DNA of 64,000 nucleotides, taken from NCBI GenBank assembly GCA_965208325.1, contig OZ242326.1:4544001-4608000 (forward strand), read 5' to 3'. How positions within the stretch are numbered: the stretch's first letter is position 1; every line of letters begins with the position of its first letter. Of this stretch, positions 18,350 to 28,347 are shown piece by piece. The stretch is from Candidatus Poribacteria bacterium. Lineage in GTDB: Bacteria > Poribacteria > WGA-4E > PCPOR2b. The translations under genes and the position numbers were made by a program. Under the pieces are notes generated by a model. That model worked only from the letters and a program-made list of their open reading frames with translations. It ran no database searches and was not told the origin of the DNA.

Positions 18350-18477
18350 AGAACTACAAGAGAAGACTATCGCCCTCCCTATTCGGTCGGTTGATCCTTC
18401 GCTAATCGCTCAGTTGATCCCTTGGCAAGGGCGAGAACGTACTTGGTAAGGGGGAGAATGTAAGGTGCTCCATATAC

Positions 18478-18690
18478 CTACGGGACTTCTTCAGAACTCC
18501 AATTTTCCGTCTCGGTTGCGAAGGTGTCGGCGAGGTCTTCGGCGATGGTGTCCTTAATGAGACTGATGAGGTCTTCGCGGAATTTCATCCAATCTTGTCC
18601 GCGCCTCGTGAAACGATGGGGACCGTCAATTTCGACAAACATGGTGTCATTAGGTTGAGACAGCGATTCAAAGTAGCGAGTGACCTTCAA
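18478..18690 (-). CDS. Small acidic hypothetical protein (70 aa)
   Basis: AGGAGG RBS precedes TTG at 18690 inside the 99-aa ORF; lies directly downstream of the HAD gene. Confidence 0.65.
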   Translation of the reverse strand: MKVTRYFESLSQPNDTMFVEIDGPHRFTRRGQDWMKFREDLISLIKDTIAEDLADTFATETENWSSEEVP

Positions 18691-18737
18691 TACGTTTTTC
18701 CTCCTGATAACAGTTTGCAGATTGTGAAACGGCGGAT

Positions 18738-19439
18738 TTATGGATCGGGATTTAGCGTCCAATTTTGGATTTCCCAACTAGACTCAAGCGCAATTCGCCG
18801 AAATTTCTTGCCGGGATTGACGGCAACGGGATGATTTACGCATTGCAGCATCGGCAGGTCTGCACTGCTATCGCCGTATGCGTAGCTTGCGGTGAGATCG
18901 ATGCCGTGATGTTCGGCGAATTCTGTGACGGCGCGAGCTTTTTCCTCTCCGCTTAGCGGCGGTGTAGTGAGTTCACCTGTGAATTTGCCGCCCTCCTCAT
19001 GGATCTGCACGGTCAAAGCATGGTCGCATTCGAGAAAATCGGCGAGCGGCTGGATGATGAAATTGAGAGAACCGCTCACGAGAACGACCAAATCGCCGCG
19101 GCTTCGGTGTTCACTTATGCGATCTAATGCGGCGGGGAAGATTTTCGGGCGGAGATGCGTATCGAAATTTTCGTATGAATGATGTTGAAGCGTCTCAACA
19201 TCCAGACCTTTGTAGTTTCGGTAGAACACACTATTAAATTTTGTGCGGCTGGCTTTATCGAGAATGAGGTAGTATATCACTTTAGGGGCGAATTGAACCA
19301 TCCAGAACGGACGCAGCGCGGGAGGAAGCAGCGGAACGCGAAGCCAAACGAAATAGTGGACGATGGTGCTCTTGACTATGGTGCCATCGACATCGAAGAA
19401 TGCAGCCGTTTTTCGTTCAGCCGGCTGAGTTTTTGACAT
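18738..19439 (-). CDS. HAD-IB family phosphatase (SerB-like)
   Basis: Motif I AFFDVDGT, LVSGS, GEEK, YGDS.AD.PML, VNP. Confidence 0.92.
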   Translation of the reverse strand: MSKTQPAERKTAAFFDVDGTIVKSTIVHYFVWLRVPLLPPALRPFWMVQFAPKVIYYLILDKASRTKFNSVFYRNYKGLDVETLQHHSYENFDTHLRPKIFPAALDRISEHRSRGDLVVLVSGSLNFIIQPLADFLECDHALTVQIHEEGGKFTGELTTPPLSGEEKARAVTEFAEHHGIDLTASYAYGDSSADLPMLQCVNHPVAVNPGKKFRRIALESSWEIQNWTLNPDP

Positions 19440-19543
19440 CGATTATGAACTCCAATTTGAAATGTCCTGTGCGACACACGGACTACTTATACCATTTCTA
19501 TATATTGGCGGTGCATTAATAGCGTCAAACAAGTCTTTCCGAA

Positions 19544-19566
19544 GCGGGGCAAGATGCCCCGCCTAC
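19544..19566. repeat. GTAG-type REP palindrome
   Basis: GCGGGGCAAGATGCCCCGCCTAC; identical copy at 41640-41662. Confidence 0.85.
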
Positions 19567-19659
19567 GGGGTTCGGCGGAAAGGGCAACAGTTAGTATGGG
19601 TCGCTTCATAGTAGTATAATTGAGAACACGATATGCACTATTATTCAAGCGAAATGGTA

Positions 19660-22600
19660 TTACACGTTACGTGCGCTTTCCCGCAACTGCTCGATTTTTT
19701 CTCGCACCTCATCAACAAAGGCTCTATAGACTTCATGATTGATTGCCGCGCCGTCCTCAGAAGCACGGAGGGTCATTGGCTCACCGAAAACCACCTTAAT
19801 TTGCTTCCTGCGCGGCAAGTTTTTGCCTTTGGGCAGCGCTTGGTATGCGCCGTCAATATATGTTGGGACAACCGGCGCCCCGGTTTCGTAGGCGAGCAAT
19901 CCCAGCCCGGCTTTGAATGGTTGGAGTTCGCCTGTGACTGATCGTGTACCTTCCGGATAGATGAGTAAGCAGCGGTTTTCAAGCATAATTTCGTGGGAAG
20001 TCCGTACATCCTGCAGAAACTGCGAAAAATTGTCTTTCCGTTCGAAAGGCAGAAACTTAAAAAGTTTGCCAAAGAACCATGCTTTGAAGCGGGTATTGAA
20101 GAAGTAGTCGCGTGCGGCTAGAATTTTGATGCCCCTCGCTGATTTACCGAGCGCAGTAACTACGGCGCCGGTATCAAGGTGACTTGTGTGGTTAGCGACA
20201 AAGATGCACGGTTGACCGTCCGGGATGTGCGATTTACCGTAAGTTTTGATGGAGAAATACCCGTGATAGGCGATTCGCATGCCGAGCCGCAAAAGGCGTG
20301 TTTTGATTGATAAGTGCGGCAGACCTATGTCAGCATAGGCCGGCGGTTCAGCGCGGGCAGAAATCGTCACGCTGCTCTCAACCTTGTGAATTGCAGGTTG
20401 GGCTTGCAGCGATTTGACGGATTGAATTACGTCGCCGACGGTGCGAATCTGCATGACCATCTCGTCAGGTATGGGATGTTGAATTTTGGCTTCCAGCAAT
20501 AGCAACAGTTCAACTCGCGCAAGCGAATCCAATCCGAGATCGGCGTCCAAGTGATCTTCCAAACGTATCTTTTCTAGCGGCATACGCGACAAACGGCTCA
20601 ATTCAGCAGCAATGGCACCCTCCCAACCGCCAGAAATCCAATCCGGTTGCGCTGAGGAAGTCGACTCATCAGAGGCGTCGTCGGCGCTCTCTCCCGTTGA
20701 AATATCGTCCTGTGTCACGCCAGACAGCCGATCCAATAGCATCTCTTTAACGCGCCGGCGGTGAATCTCAAAGGTTGGTAGTTTGGGCAGTTCCGATTCC
20801 CAAAAATGTAATTTGTGAAGATGTTGATAGCTGGGGAGATCGCGCGCGCAGTTTTGAAGATGTTGGCGAATTTTAGCTTCAACCTCCGCCGGATTGGGTT
20901 TACCCCTTCGATTGGGAACAATGACAGCGTGAACTTCTTCCCCGTGCGAATCGCCGATGTTCACACCGACAACACAGATTTCTGCGATGTCCGGGCTGTG
21001 TTGATACAGCTCTTCAAGTTCGACTGGATATATGTTTTTTCCCGCGCTCGATACGATGACATCCTTGAGACGTCCGGTGATATAGAGATAACCATCAGCA
21101 TCAATGTACCCGAGATCCCCTGTATGCAAGGTTCCACTCCGCATCATGTGTTCGGTCGCCCCCGGGTTCCGGTAGTAACCTGCCATTAGGCTAGGACCTT
21201 GCGCTACAATTTCGCCAATCCCGTCCGGGTTTGGATGATGGATTTGAATTTGTGTGCCTTGTACGGGAACGCCGACAGCCGCCCGCTTACTTTTGTGATG
21301 AGGATTCACGGTAAGCACGGGCGCGGTTTCGGTCAACCCGTAGCCCTGATAAATTGTTAACCCGAAACGCTGGTATGCGTCATAAATTTCGTTGGACAAC
21401 GCCGCACCGCCGCTCACTAGGACACGCATGTTACCACCTAACGCGGCGTGCAACGCTTCAATCGCCGATCGGTCAGGCGGAGCATCTTCCGCAGCGGCAG
21501 ATTTCAACACGTAGCGCATGATAGTGTCATAAATTAACTTAAACATTCGCGGCACGCCTATGACGACAGTTGTCTGTGTTGCCTGCATGGTTTCTAGAAC
21601 AACGGTCGGTTTGAGCGTGTTGGGATAAGTGACCGTGGCACCGCCGTAAATTGACATCAGAAAACAGCAGGTAAACTCCAGCGCGTGATGCAATGGCAAT
21701 ATCGACAAGAACTGGTCTGTATCGCGGGGCGGCAACGCTTGTGCAACAGCGTGGACGTTAGCAATGAAATTCTTGTGGGAGAGCATTACCCCTTTCGCCT
21801 CGACCGTGGTGCCCGCAGTGAAGATTATTGAGGCGATTGTGTCGGGTTGTATATCCACTTTGGGGAAGCCGTTGGTTGGATCGGACACATCACTCTCTTC
21901 GATTGAATCAGATTGGGATTCCAGCGTATGGCCGAACTCTAATGGTTCACAGAAACGATAGATGTTTAAGAGGTCTACCGTAAGTGTGCCGTCGTCGGAC
22001 TGAATTAGTGCACGGTGCAAATGCACAGCCAGCGAATCCGAGGTTAGAATGGCTTTCGCCTCGGTAAACTTGGCGAGTGCAAAGATTTCACGCTCCGAGG
22101 TTTGCCGGTCGACTGGAACAACTGTGATGCCGATGTGTATGGCACCCAAATAAGCGATAGCCCATTCCGGGCAGTTCTCAGCAAAGAGGATGAGGCGGTC
22201 GCCTGAGCGGTAGCCTCGATTCCAGAGGGAACAAGCGATTCGCCGGGAAATGTCATAGAGTTGGCTGTAGGAATACCGTACCCAATTGTCACCGGATTTC
22301 ATCTGAAGCGCCGTTTTATTCGGATGGGATTTGACACGTTCGGCAATCAGGTCTGGAATGGTACGATAAGGCAATTGTGAACTGCCGCCAGCTTCGTCAC
22401 CTCGGATGCTGTCCCCCTCTTCACTTTGTTCAGGTACGGGTTTTTGTCCTTTGCCGCTTTCGAGTTTGAGGATGTGACGCTTGATGCCGGGAATATGAAC
22501 CTCCTGGAGATAATGCCTCCAGTCAAAACGTAAGACATCAAAGTTGAACCGCCGTTGGTCGGACGGATCGAGAGAACGATACAACGCTTCAGTTTTGCCG

Positions 22601-24057
22601 GTTTCAAACTCAAAACTCAAGCGGGTGTATGTGCCGTATAGCCGAATATAATTCTGTAAGCCTTCAATCGCATTCTGAATCACGCCAATGCGGCGGTTGG
22701 CACCCGCCGCCGATTTCAGCGGCAACCGGCTGAGGATGGAACCGCCCAAACCTAGCATGAGATATTTAAGTCGAAGTTGACGTTGGAATTTCTCGAGGCT
22801 TGGATATTTCCACACAGGCACAGGAATCGGCTTCCCTTTGTCAAACATGGGGGATTGGACGAAGTAGTCGTGGGTTGCGGTTACGATACCGTGGAAGGAC
22901 AACGGGTTACGAGATCCAGTTGCGACATGATAGACCTCGATTCCGCGTTTGCAGTATGTCTGGAACGTTATTGCCAGGATAGCATTTACAACGAAGTCAA
23001 CTGGGATAATGTCGATGATGGCTTCCGGTTTTCCGGGAAAGTCCTGCAGCCGTCCTTTCGCAAACCCGATAATAATCGGGTCCGCCATACGGAAACCGTC
23101 AAGCCAACCGGGTTCCGGTTCCTCGAGGCTACTCTCGATTATTGAGGGGCGGACAATCGCGATGGGCAAATCGCCTTTTACAGTGGCAATCATTTGTTCG
23201 CCGAGTGATTTTGTGTAAGTGTACGTATCGTTCCATCCACGCGACTTTGCCCGATTCAAGCCCTCTTCCACCAAACGGGCTTCAATCCACCTATTCCGAA
23301 CCGTTTCGATCTGTGACTCGAGTTTCTGACTCGTCCTTTTCCCGCCCCCCAACTGGCGTTGGGCTTGTTTGCGGAATTGAACCGTCCGCGAGGAATGATG
23401 TGCTTCAGCGCGCACCTTCTCGCTCAAGTGCAAAATGTCCTCAATTTCCGCGTCGAGGTTGCTGGGCATGGTTTCACCGGTTTGTTCGCGATGTCCGTCT
23501 GCATAAGACTCATAGGGCTGATGGAGTGCTTCTGCAACTTTCCCGGGACGCATTCCACAGACGTAAGCCGTCGATACGTGAATTAGCACGGCGTCATTGC
23601 AACTCTTAGCGAACTCTACGGCATATTTTGCGCCGAGCGTGTTGCTTCGCAGGGAGGCATCAATGGCGGGATCGAATTTTACAAGGCCTCCGCTGTTGAT
23701 GAATACGCTCACTTCACTCGTCAGGCGTTCATAATCGCTATCCGATAGACCGAGCTGTTCTAACGAGAGGTCGCCGTCTACGGCGGAAACTTTTTCACGA
23801 ATCCATTCGTCAAAGCTTGAACCGTGAATACCCCTCAATTTGGAGAAGACGCTGGACGTGAATATTTCTTCCTGCAGGCGAGCTGCGGCTGAACAAACGT
23901 TGCCGTTGGGTTCTGCACGGGTGCGGATTAGCAGGTAAATCTTATGTATATCGGGAATGTCCGTAAGAATTTTTGCAACCAACGGTTTGCCGAGAAAACC
24001 TGTGGCGCCCGTGATCAGAATAACTTTACCGTGGAAAAATTCTGGAATTGTGTTCAT
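19660..24057 (-). CDS. ElbD-like multidomain enzyme: fatty acyl-CoA reductase + adenylation (AMP-binding) + ACP + PlsC-type acyltransferase
   Basis: ITGATGFLG, HVSTAYV, YTYTK, RPSII (male-sterility FAR); FTAGTT..KGV, GYGLTE, HTGDLG, GRLKD (AMP-binding); LGLDSL (ACP serine); NHTSHLD and PEGTRS (acyltransferase). Confidence 0.9.
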   Translation of the reverse strand: MNTIPEFFHGKVILITGATGFLGKPLVAKILTDIPDIHKIYLLIRTRAEPNGNVCSAAARLQEEIFTSSVFSKLRGIHGSSFDEWIREKVSAVDGDLSLEQLGLSDSDYERLTSEVSVFINSGGLVKFDPAIDASLRSNTLGAKYAVEFAKSCNDAVLIHVSTAYVCGMRPGKVAEALHQPYESYADGHREQTGETMPSNLDAEIEDILHLSEKVRAEAHHSSRTVQFRKQAQRQLGGGKRTSQKLESQIETVRNRWIEARLVEEGLNRAKSRGWNDTYTYTKSLGEQMIATVKGDLPIAIVRPSIIESSLEEPEPGWLDGFRMADPIIIGFAKGRLQDFPGKPEAIIDIIPVDFVVNAILAITFQTYCKRGIEVYHVATGSRNPLSFHGIVTATHDYFVQSPMFDKGKPIPVPVWKYPSLEKFQRQLRLKYLMLGLGGSILSRLPLKSAAGANRRIGVIQNAIEGLQNYIRLYGTYTRLSFEFETGKTEALYRSLDPSDQRRFNFDVLRFDWRHYLQEVHIPGIKRHILKLESGKGQKPVPEQSEEGDSIRGDEAGGSSQLPYRTIPDLIAERVKSHPNKTALQMKSGDNWVRYSYSQLYDISRRIACSLWNRGYRSGDRLILFAENCPEWAIAYLGAIHIGITVVPVDRQTSEREIFALAKFTEAKAILTSDSLAVHLHRALIQSDDGTLTVDLLNIYRFCEPLEFGHTLESQSDSIEESDVSDPTNGFPKVDIQPDTIASIIFTAGTTVEAKGVMLSHKNFIANVHAVAQALPPRDTDQFLSILPLHHALEFTCCFLMSIYGGATVTYPNTLKPTVVLETMQATQTTVVIGVPRMFKLIYDTIMRYVLKSAAAEDAPPDRSAIEALHAALGGNMRVLVSGGAALSNEIYDAYQRFGLTIYQGYGLTETAPVLTVNPHHKSKRAAVGVPVQGTQIQIHHPNPDGIGEIVAQGPSLMAGYYRNPGATEHMMRSGTLHTGDLGYIDADGYLYITGRLKDVIVSSAGKNIYPVELEELYQHSPDIAEICVVGVNIGDSHGEEVHAVIVPNRRGKPNPAEVEAKIRQHLQNCARDLPSYQHLHKLHFWESELPKLPTFEIHRRRVKEMLLDRLSGVTQDDISTGESADDASDESTSSAQPDWISGGWEGAIAAELSRLSRMPLEKIRLEDHLDADLGLDSLARVELLLLLEAKIQHPIPDEMVMQIRTVGDVIQSVKSLQAQPAIHKVESSVTISARAEPPAYADIGLPHLSIKTRLLRLGMRIAYHGYFSIKTYGKSHIPDGQPCIFVANHTSHLDTGAVVTALGKSARGIKILAARDYFFNTRFKAWFFGKLFKFLPFERKDNFSQFLQDVRTSHEIMLENRCLLIYPEGTRSVTGELQPFKAGLGLLAYETGAPVVPTYIDGAYQALPKGKNLPRRKQIKVVFGEPMTLRASEDGAAINHEVYRAFVDEVREKIEQLRESARNV

Positions 24058-24166
24058 TTCGCCTTGGTATTTTCAAAAAAGATAGTCCATCGACCAACGT
24101 CACGGAAAGGTGAGATGCGCGGCAGCATAAACGAGTGACGTTCGGTGAGTTGCACACGTTAGCTTT

Positions 24167-24196
24167 AGTATAAAGGAAAGAGTGGGTTTGTGTCAA
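24167..24196 (-). promoter_or_regulatory. Sigma70-type promoter upstream of the ElbD-like gene
   Basis: TTGACA-18 bp-TATACT on the minus strand. Confidence 0.6.
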
Positions 24197-24497
24197 TGCA
24201 AAACCCAATGCTCAGAGACGTGCTATGAAAATACGGAAAATCACAAGAAATGCGCAAGCGATTTGAGTCTCCACGGGTAGCATGAAACTTCTTACAATTC
24301 GCCGTTTCAAATTAAGGAAGAACCGTAATTTTTCCGGGGCGTTGCGGGATAGCGAAATGCGCACACTGCATCTGAAAATTATATCATAGAATTGCGCGAT
24401 TAACCTATGCTATAATAACAACCTTAATCGCCTAGAGGTTGTGGAAATAGCGAATGTTCTCTTGGAGATTGGAAAACCTTCCGCAAGTTCAGGAAAA

Positions 24498-24866
24498 ATG
24501 GATAGACTTATCATCAAGGGTGTTCGATTTCACGGATATCACGGGGTATCGGAATCAGAACGCCAGGTTGGCCAGGAGTATGAAATTGACGCGGATTTGA
24601 CGTGTGATTTGTCCCTGGCGGGAGCGGCCGACGAGCTTGCACACACAATTGACTATGGAGAAGTCGTAAGTGTGATTGTTGAAATTGGCACGCGGCAATC
24701 ATTTCAACTCATTGAGGCGTTCGCCGAAACCGTTGCGTCAGCGATTTTGGATGAGTTTCCAGTCGAGGAAGTGCGGATAACCGTTAAAAAGCTGTCGCCG
24801 CCGATTGAACATCGACTCAATTATGCAGGCGTTAGGATTCGGCGCAAGAGGAACTCTCACGCGTGA
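24498..24866 (+). CDS. folB: Dihydroneopterin aldolase
   Basis: MDRLIIKG..FHGYHGV...ER..GQ, TIDY, LIE, V.KL.PP. Start at ATG 24498. Confidence 0.93.
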   Translation: MDRLIIKGVRFHGYHGVSESERQVGQEYEIDADLTCDLSLAGAADELAHTIDYGEVVSVIVEIGTRQSFQLIEAFAETVASAILDEFPVEEVRITVKKLSPPIEHRLNYAGVRIRRKRNSHA

Positions 24867-24909
24867 AGGGGCGAAGGAGGTTTTTGTTACTCTACCCCCT
24901 CTCGCTCCC

Positions 24910-25182
24910 CTTTGTTAAGGGGGAGAATATTTGTGGCGCCTTGTTACGGGGAGGACGTCTGTGGCGCCTTGTTAAAGGGGGAGAACGTCTGTGACGACTT
25001 GTTAAAGAGGGAGGATATTTGCGGCGCCTTGTTAAAGAGGCAGAAATTTGTGGTGACTTGTTAAAGAGGAAGACACTTGCGGCGACTGTTTAAGGGGTTG
25101 GATAATCGGGAAAGTTTGCCAAGAGGGAAAACGTCGGTGGTGACTTCTCAAAGGGACGGACATATGCGGCGACTTGGTAAAT
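24910..25182. repeat. Degenerate tandem array of about 10 units of 28-30 bp
   Basis: Recurrent unit like CTTGTTAAAG(A/G)GG-N-(T/C)GTGGCG; the copies decay towards the 3' end. Confidence 0.85.
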
Positions 25183-25400
25183 GCCGGGTGGAGGTATCAG
25201 GTTGGCAAAAGGAAGACATTTTGAGAGCGATCAACAAAAACCGACGTTTGTACTGGTCTCATTATCTTCCGAACAGGGACAGCGGACGATCAAGGCTTCC
25301 ATGAAAATCTGCTTGAAAATTCAATACCGATCAAGTATTATTTTGGCGTTCTAAAAACATTGACGCACGCCGAAAAGGATTTGTTAGGAGAAATTTAGAT

Positions 25401-27401
25401 ATGATAGTTTTTCTGCGGGAAAAATTTATTGCACAGATATTTATGTGGATTATTGCGATTGTTTTTGTGATTGGTTCTTTTTTACTGTATACCACGATGT
25501 CGGGCAATTCGAGTGCTGGTCCCGGTGATGATGACGTTGTGCTCAAGATTAATGGCGCGAAGGTGCGGCGCGGTGAATTTGAACGGCTCGTTAGTAACCT
25601 CCTGCAGAGACAACAACAGCAGGGACAAGCTGGTTTAACAACTGAGCGAGATGAGATTGAACAGCAGGTGATTGAACAGATAATTCAGGAGCAAATTTAC
25701 TTGAACAACACCCAGATTAGCGATGCTGAGATTGAGGCGAGTATTCGCGGGGACTATTCTCACCTGTTGGCTGCATACAACGCATCTAACCCGCAAGAGA
25801 GAAACTACTTCCGCCAAATCGTCCGTTTGCAGATGAGTTTTGAAGCCTTGCGCAGCCAGTTTGAGGGGCTTGACTTAATCACGGATACAGAGATTGAAAA
25901 TGAGTATCGTATCCAGAATGACAAGGCGAAGTTGAAATACATTCAATTCCAACACACGTCATATACCAGCGCTGTAAATGTTGAAGACGCCGACACCGCC
26001 GCGTATTTTGAAGAACACAAAGAAGATTATAAAATTGACGATCGGATTAATTTACGGGTTATCAAGCTTGATCCAAGGGATTTTGTGACAGACGAATCGG
26101 TACGGGCGTACTATGATGAACGTAAAGGTGAGTTTACAACGCCTGAAGCGGTTAAGGCGCGCCATATTCTCTTAAAATTTCCGGATAGCGCATCGGATGA
26201 ACAGAAGGCTGAAGTCAAAGCCAGAGCGGAAGAACTCCTTGAAAAAGTGAAGACTGAAATCGACGCAGGAGCGGATTTTGCCGACCTCGCTAAAGAGCAT
26301 TCGGAAGACGCCGGCTCGGCTCCATCAGGAGGTGCGTTGAGGGGACGCCACCCGAAACTACCGCCGGGAGATTATTTTGCCCGGGGCGATATGGTTGCCC
26401 CCTTTGAAAAGGCATGTTTTGAGGAATTACAGCCGGGTGAGGTGAGTAGCCTTGTTGAGTCACGTTTCGGGTATCACATTATCAAATTGGAAGAGAGAAA
26501 ACCGGAGGAGATTCAGACGTTCGATGCTGCGGAGCGCGAGATTCGGGATAAGTTAATCCAAATTGATGGTGTCGATGAAGCGAAGACTGTCGCAGAATAT
26601 CTGCTTTTCGACGTGGAATATCAAGATTTTGAAGCGGCCGCCAAAGGGGAAAGATATAGTGACTTATCAGTTTTGGTTCAAGACACGGGTTGGTTTTCTG
26701 AAGATGCTACCAACATCCCGCAAGTTGGATCGAAATGGACGTACCGCAGTTTCATTGACCAGGTGTTCAACATGGAAGTGGGAGTAAGCGATATCATTGA
26801 AGCGAAGAAGGGGAACGGGGACATCGAGGCTTATTTTGTGGCGAGGGTGCTTGAGAAAAAAATTGGAGGCATCCCCGCGCTTGAGGACACCTGGACAGCG
26901 AGTCCGAAGCGTACGGTTAAAGAGCAGGTAGTTGAGGATATAAAAAAAGAGAGAGCGAAACAGATGGCGCGCGAAGACGCGCGGAGACTGTTGAGTCTTC
27001 GGAGCGGCGGCGAATCGCTCGAAGATTTACTAAAAAAGTATGAGTCGCCTGAGGGAGTTACCAAGAAAGAACAGTCGGTAAAAGAGAGTAGATTGTTTGC
27101 CATATCTCCAACCAGCGATTTTGTTTCAGGGCTAGGTTCGTCGCGCGAGGTTATGTTTGCCGCTTTTAATATGAACATTGATGCCGTTAGCGGGCCTTTT
27201 GCGGGAAATGACAGCGAATACCTAATTCAACTTGTTGAGCGTCAGGAACCGGATATGGAAAAATTTGAAAACGACCCCGCCGAGAAAACCAAGATTCGGC
27301 GATCATTGCTACAGTCGAAGAAGAACCAGGTATTCAACAGCTGGTACAATACGCTGAAAAAACAGGCGCAGATAACGGATAACCGTTCTGAATCGAGTTA
27401 A
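25401..27401 (+). CDS. PpiD/SurA-like parvulin peptidyl-prolyl isomerase with N-terminal TM anchor
   Basis: N-terminal TM helix, SurA_N-like region, ARHIL, FADLAKEHSED, MVAPFE, S.FGYHIIK. Confidence 0.9.
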   Translation: MIVFLREKFIAQIFMWIIAIVFVIGSFLLYTTMSGNSSAGPGDDDVVLKINGAKVRRGEFERLVSNLLQRQQQQGQAGLTTERDEIEQQVIEQIIQEQIYLNNTQISDAEIEASIRGDYSHLLAAYNASNPQERNYFRQIVRLQMSFEALRSQFEGLDLITDTEIENEYRIQNDKAKLKYIQFQHTSYTSAVNVEDADTAAYFEEHKEDYKIDDRINLRVIKLDPRDFVTDESVRAYYDERKGEFTTPEAVKARHILLKFPDSASDEQKAEVKARAEELLEKVKTEIDAGADFADLAKEHSEDAGSAPSGGALRGRHPKLPPGDYFARGDMVAPFEKACFEELQPGEVSSLVESRFGYHIIKLEERKPEEIQTFDAAEREIRDKLIQIDGVDEAKTVAEYLLFDVEYQDFEAAAKGERYSDLSVLVQDTGWFSEDATNIPQVGSKWTYRSFIDQVFNMEVGVSDIIEAKKGNGDIEAYFVARVLEKKIGGIPALEDTWTASPKRTVKEQVVEDIKKERAKQMAREDARRLLSLRSGGESLEDLLKKYESPEGVTKKEQSVKESRLFAISPTSDFVSGLGSSREVMFAAFNMNIDAVSGPFAGNDSEYLIQLVERQEPDMEKFENDPAEKTKIRRSLLQSKKNQVFNSWYNTLKKQAQITDNRSESS

Positions 27402-27460
27402 TTATCTAGTCGATAAAGGTTGATGACTTTCTGTCAGTTTGGAAGACTGAATACTTTAAA

Positions 27461-28318
27461 ATGCCAGCCGCTACCACGAGCGATAATCTCTTCATGAGCC
27501 GCCCCTTTACAGCCCCCGGTGGTTTCACTGCGGGCATTGAGGGGCCCGCCTGCGACGACGAAGGCAACCTGTATGCTGTCAACTATGCCCATCAAGGTAC
27601 AATCGGGAAAGTCACTCCCGATGGCGAGTGCAGCGTATTCCTCGAATTACCGAACGGCAGCATCGGCAACGGCATTCGTTTTAATCGCGCCGGCTTCATG
27701 TTTATCGCTGATTATATCAACCACAATGTCCTCAAAGTCGACATGGACACGCGAGAAGTCAGCGTTCACGCGCATTCGCTGGCGCTGAACCAACCGAATG
27801 ACCTTGCCATCGGTGCGAACGACATTATCTACGCCAGCGATCCGAACTGGGCGGACTCCACAGGACGGATTTGGCGGATTGGTTCGAATGGTGCGGTTTC
27901 TTGCCTTGAATCCAGAATGGGAACTACCAATGGAATTGAGGTCAGTGCCGATGAGCGGAAGCTATACGTCAATGAAAGCGACCAACGCAACATTTGGGAA
28001 TATGACCTCTCTTCAGACGGCGAAATTAGGAATAAACGCCCCCTTATCCAGTTCGCTGATTATGGAATGGACGGCATGCGCTGCGATGTTCGGGGCAATC
28101 TGTATGTAACGCGCTGGGGGAAAGGCACGGTTGCGAAAATTTCTCCACGGGGCGAATTGCTTATGGAAATCGAACTCGCCGGGAAAAATTGCACGAATCT
28201 GGCTTTCGGCGGCGCCGACGGATGTTTGTGTTACGTCACTGTCGCGGATCGGGGGAACGTCGAGTATTTCCGCACTGACGTTCCGGGGAGGAGTTGGCTC
28301 CTCAAGAGAAGGGGTTAG
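27461..28318 (+). CDS. SMP-30/gluconolactonase family protein
   Basis: EGP, GNG, PND, SDP, TNG, DGMRCD..GNLY, TNLAFGG. Confidence 0.9.
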   Translation: MPAATTSDNLFMSRPFTAPGGFTAGIEGPACDDEGNLYAVNYAHQGTIGKVTPDGECSVFLELPNGSIGNGIRFNRAGFMFIADYINHNVLKVDMDTREVSVHAHSLALNQPNDLAIGANDIIYASDPNWADSTGRIWRIGSNGAVSCLESRMGTTNGIEVSADERKLYVNESDQRNIWEYDLSSDGEIRNKRPLIQFADYGMDGMRCDVRGNLYVTRWGKGTVAKISPRGELLMEIELAGKNCTNLAFGGADGCLCYVTVADRGNVEYFRTDVPGRSWLLKRRG

Positions 28319-28347
28319 ACAGACGTCGTATTGGTTGACGCATAATA

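Noticed and set aside
17523..18419. CRISPR-like repeats (CTTCGCTATTCGCTCAGTTGATC)
   Set aside because: Irregular spacing and nesting within REPs; no unique spacers of constant length.
24910..25182. CRISPR array
   Set aside because: Period is only 28-30 bp, the variable parts are short and related to each other, and there are no cas genes in the window.
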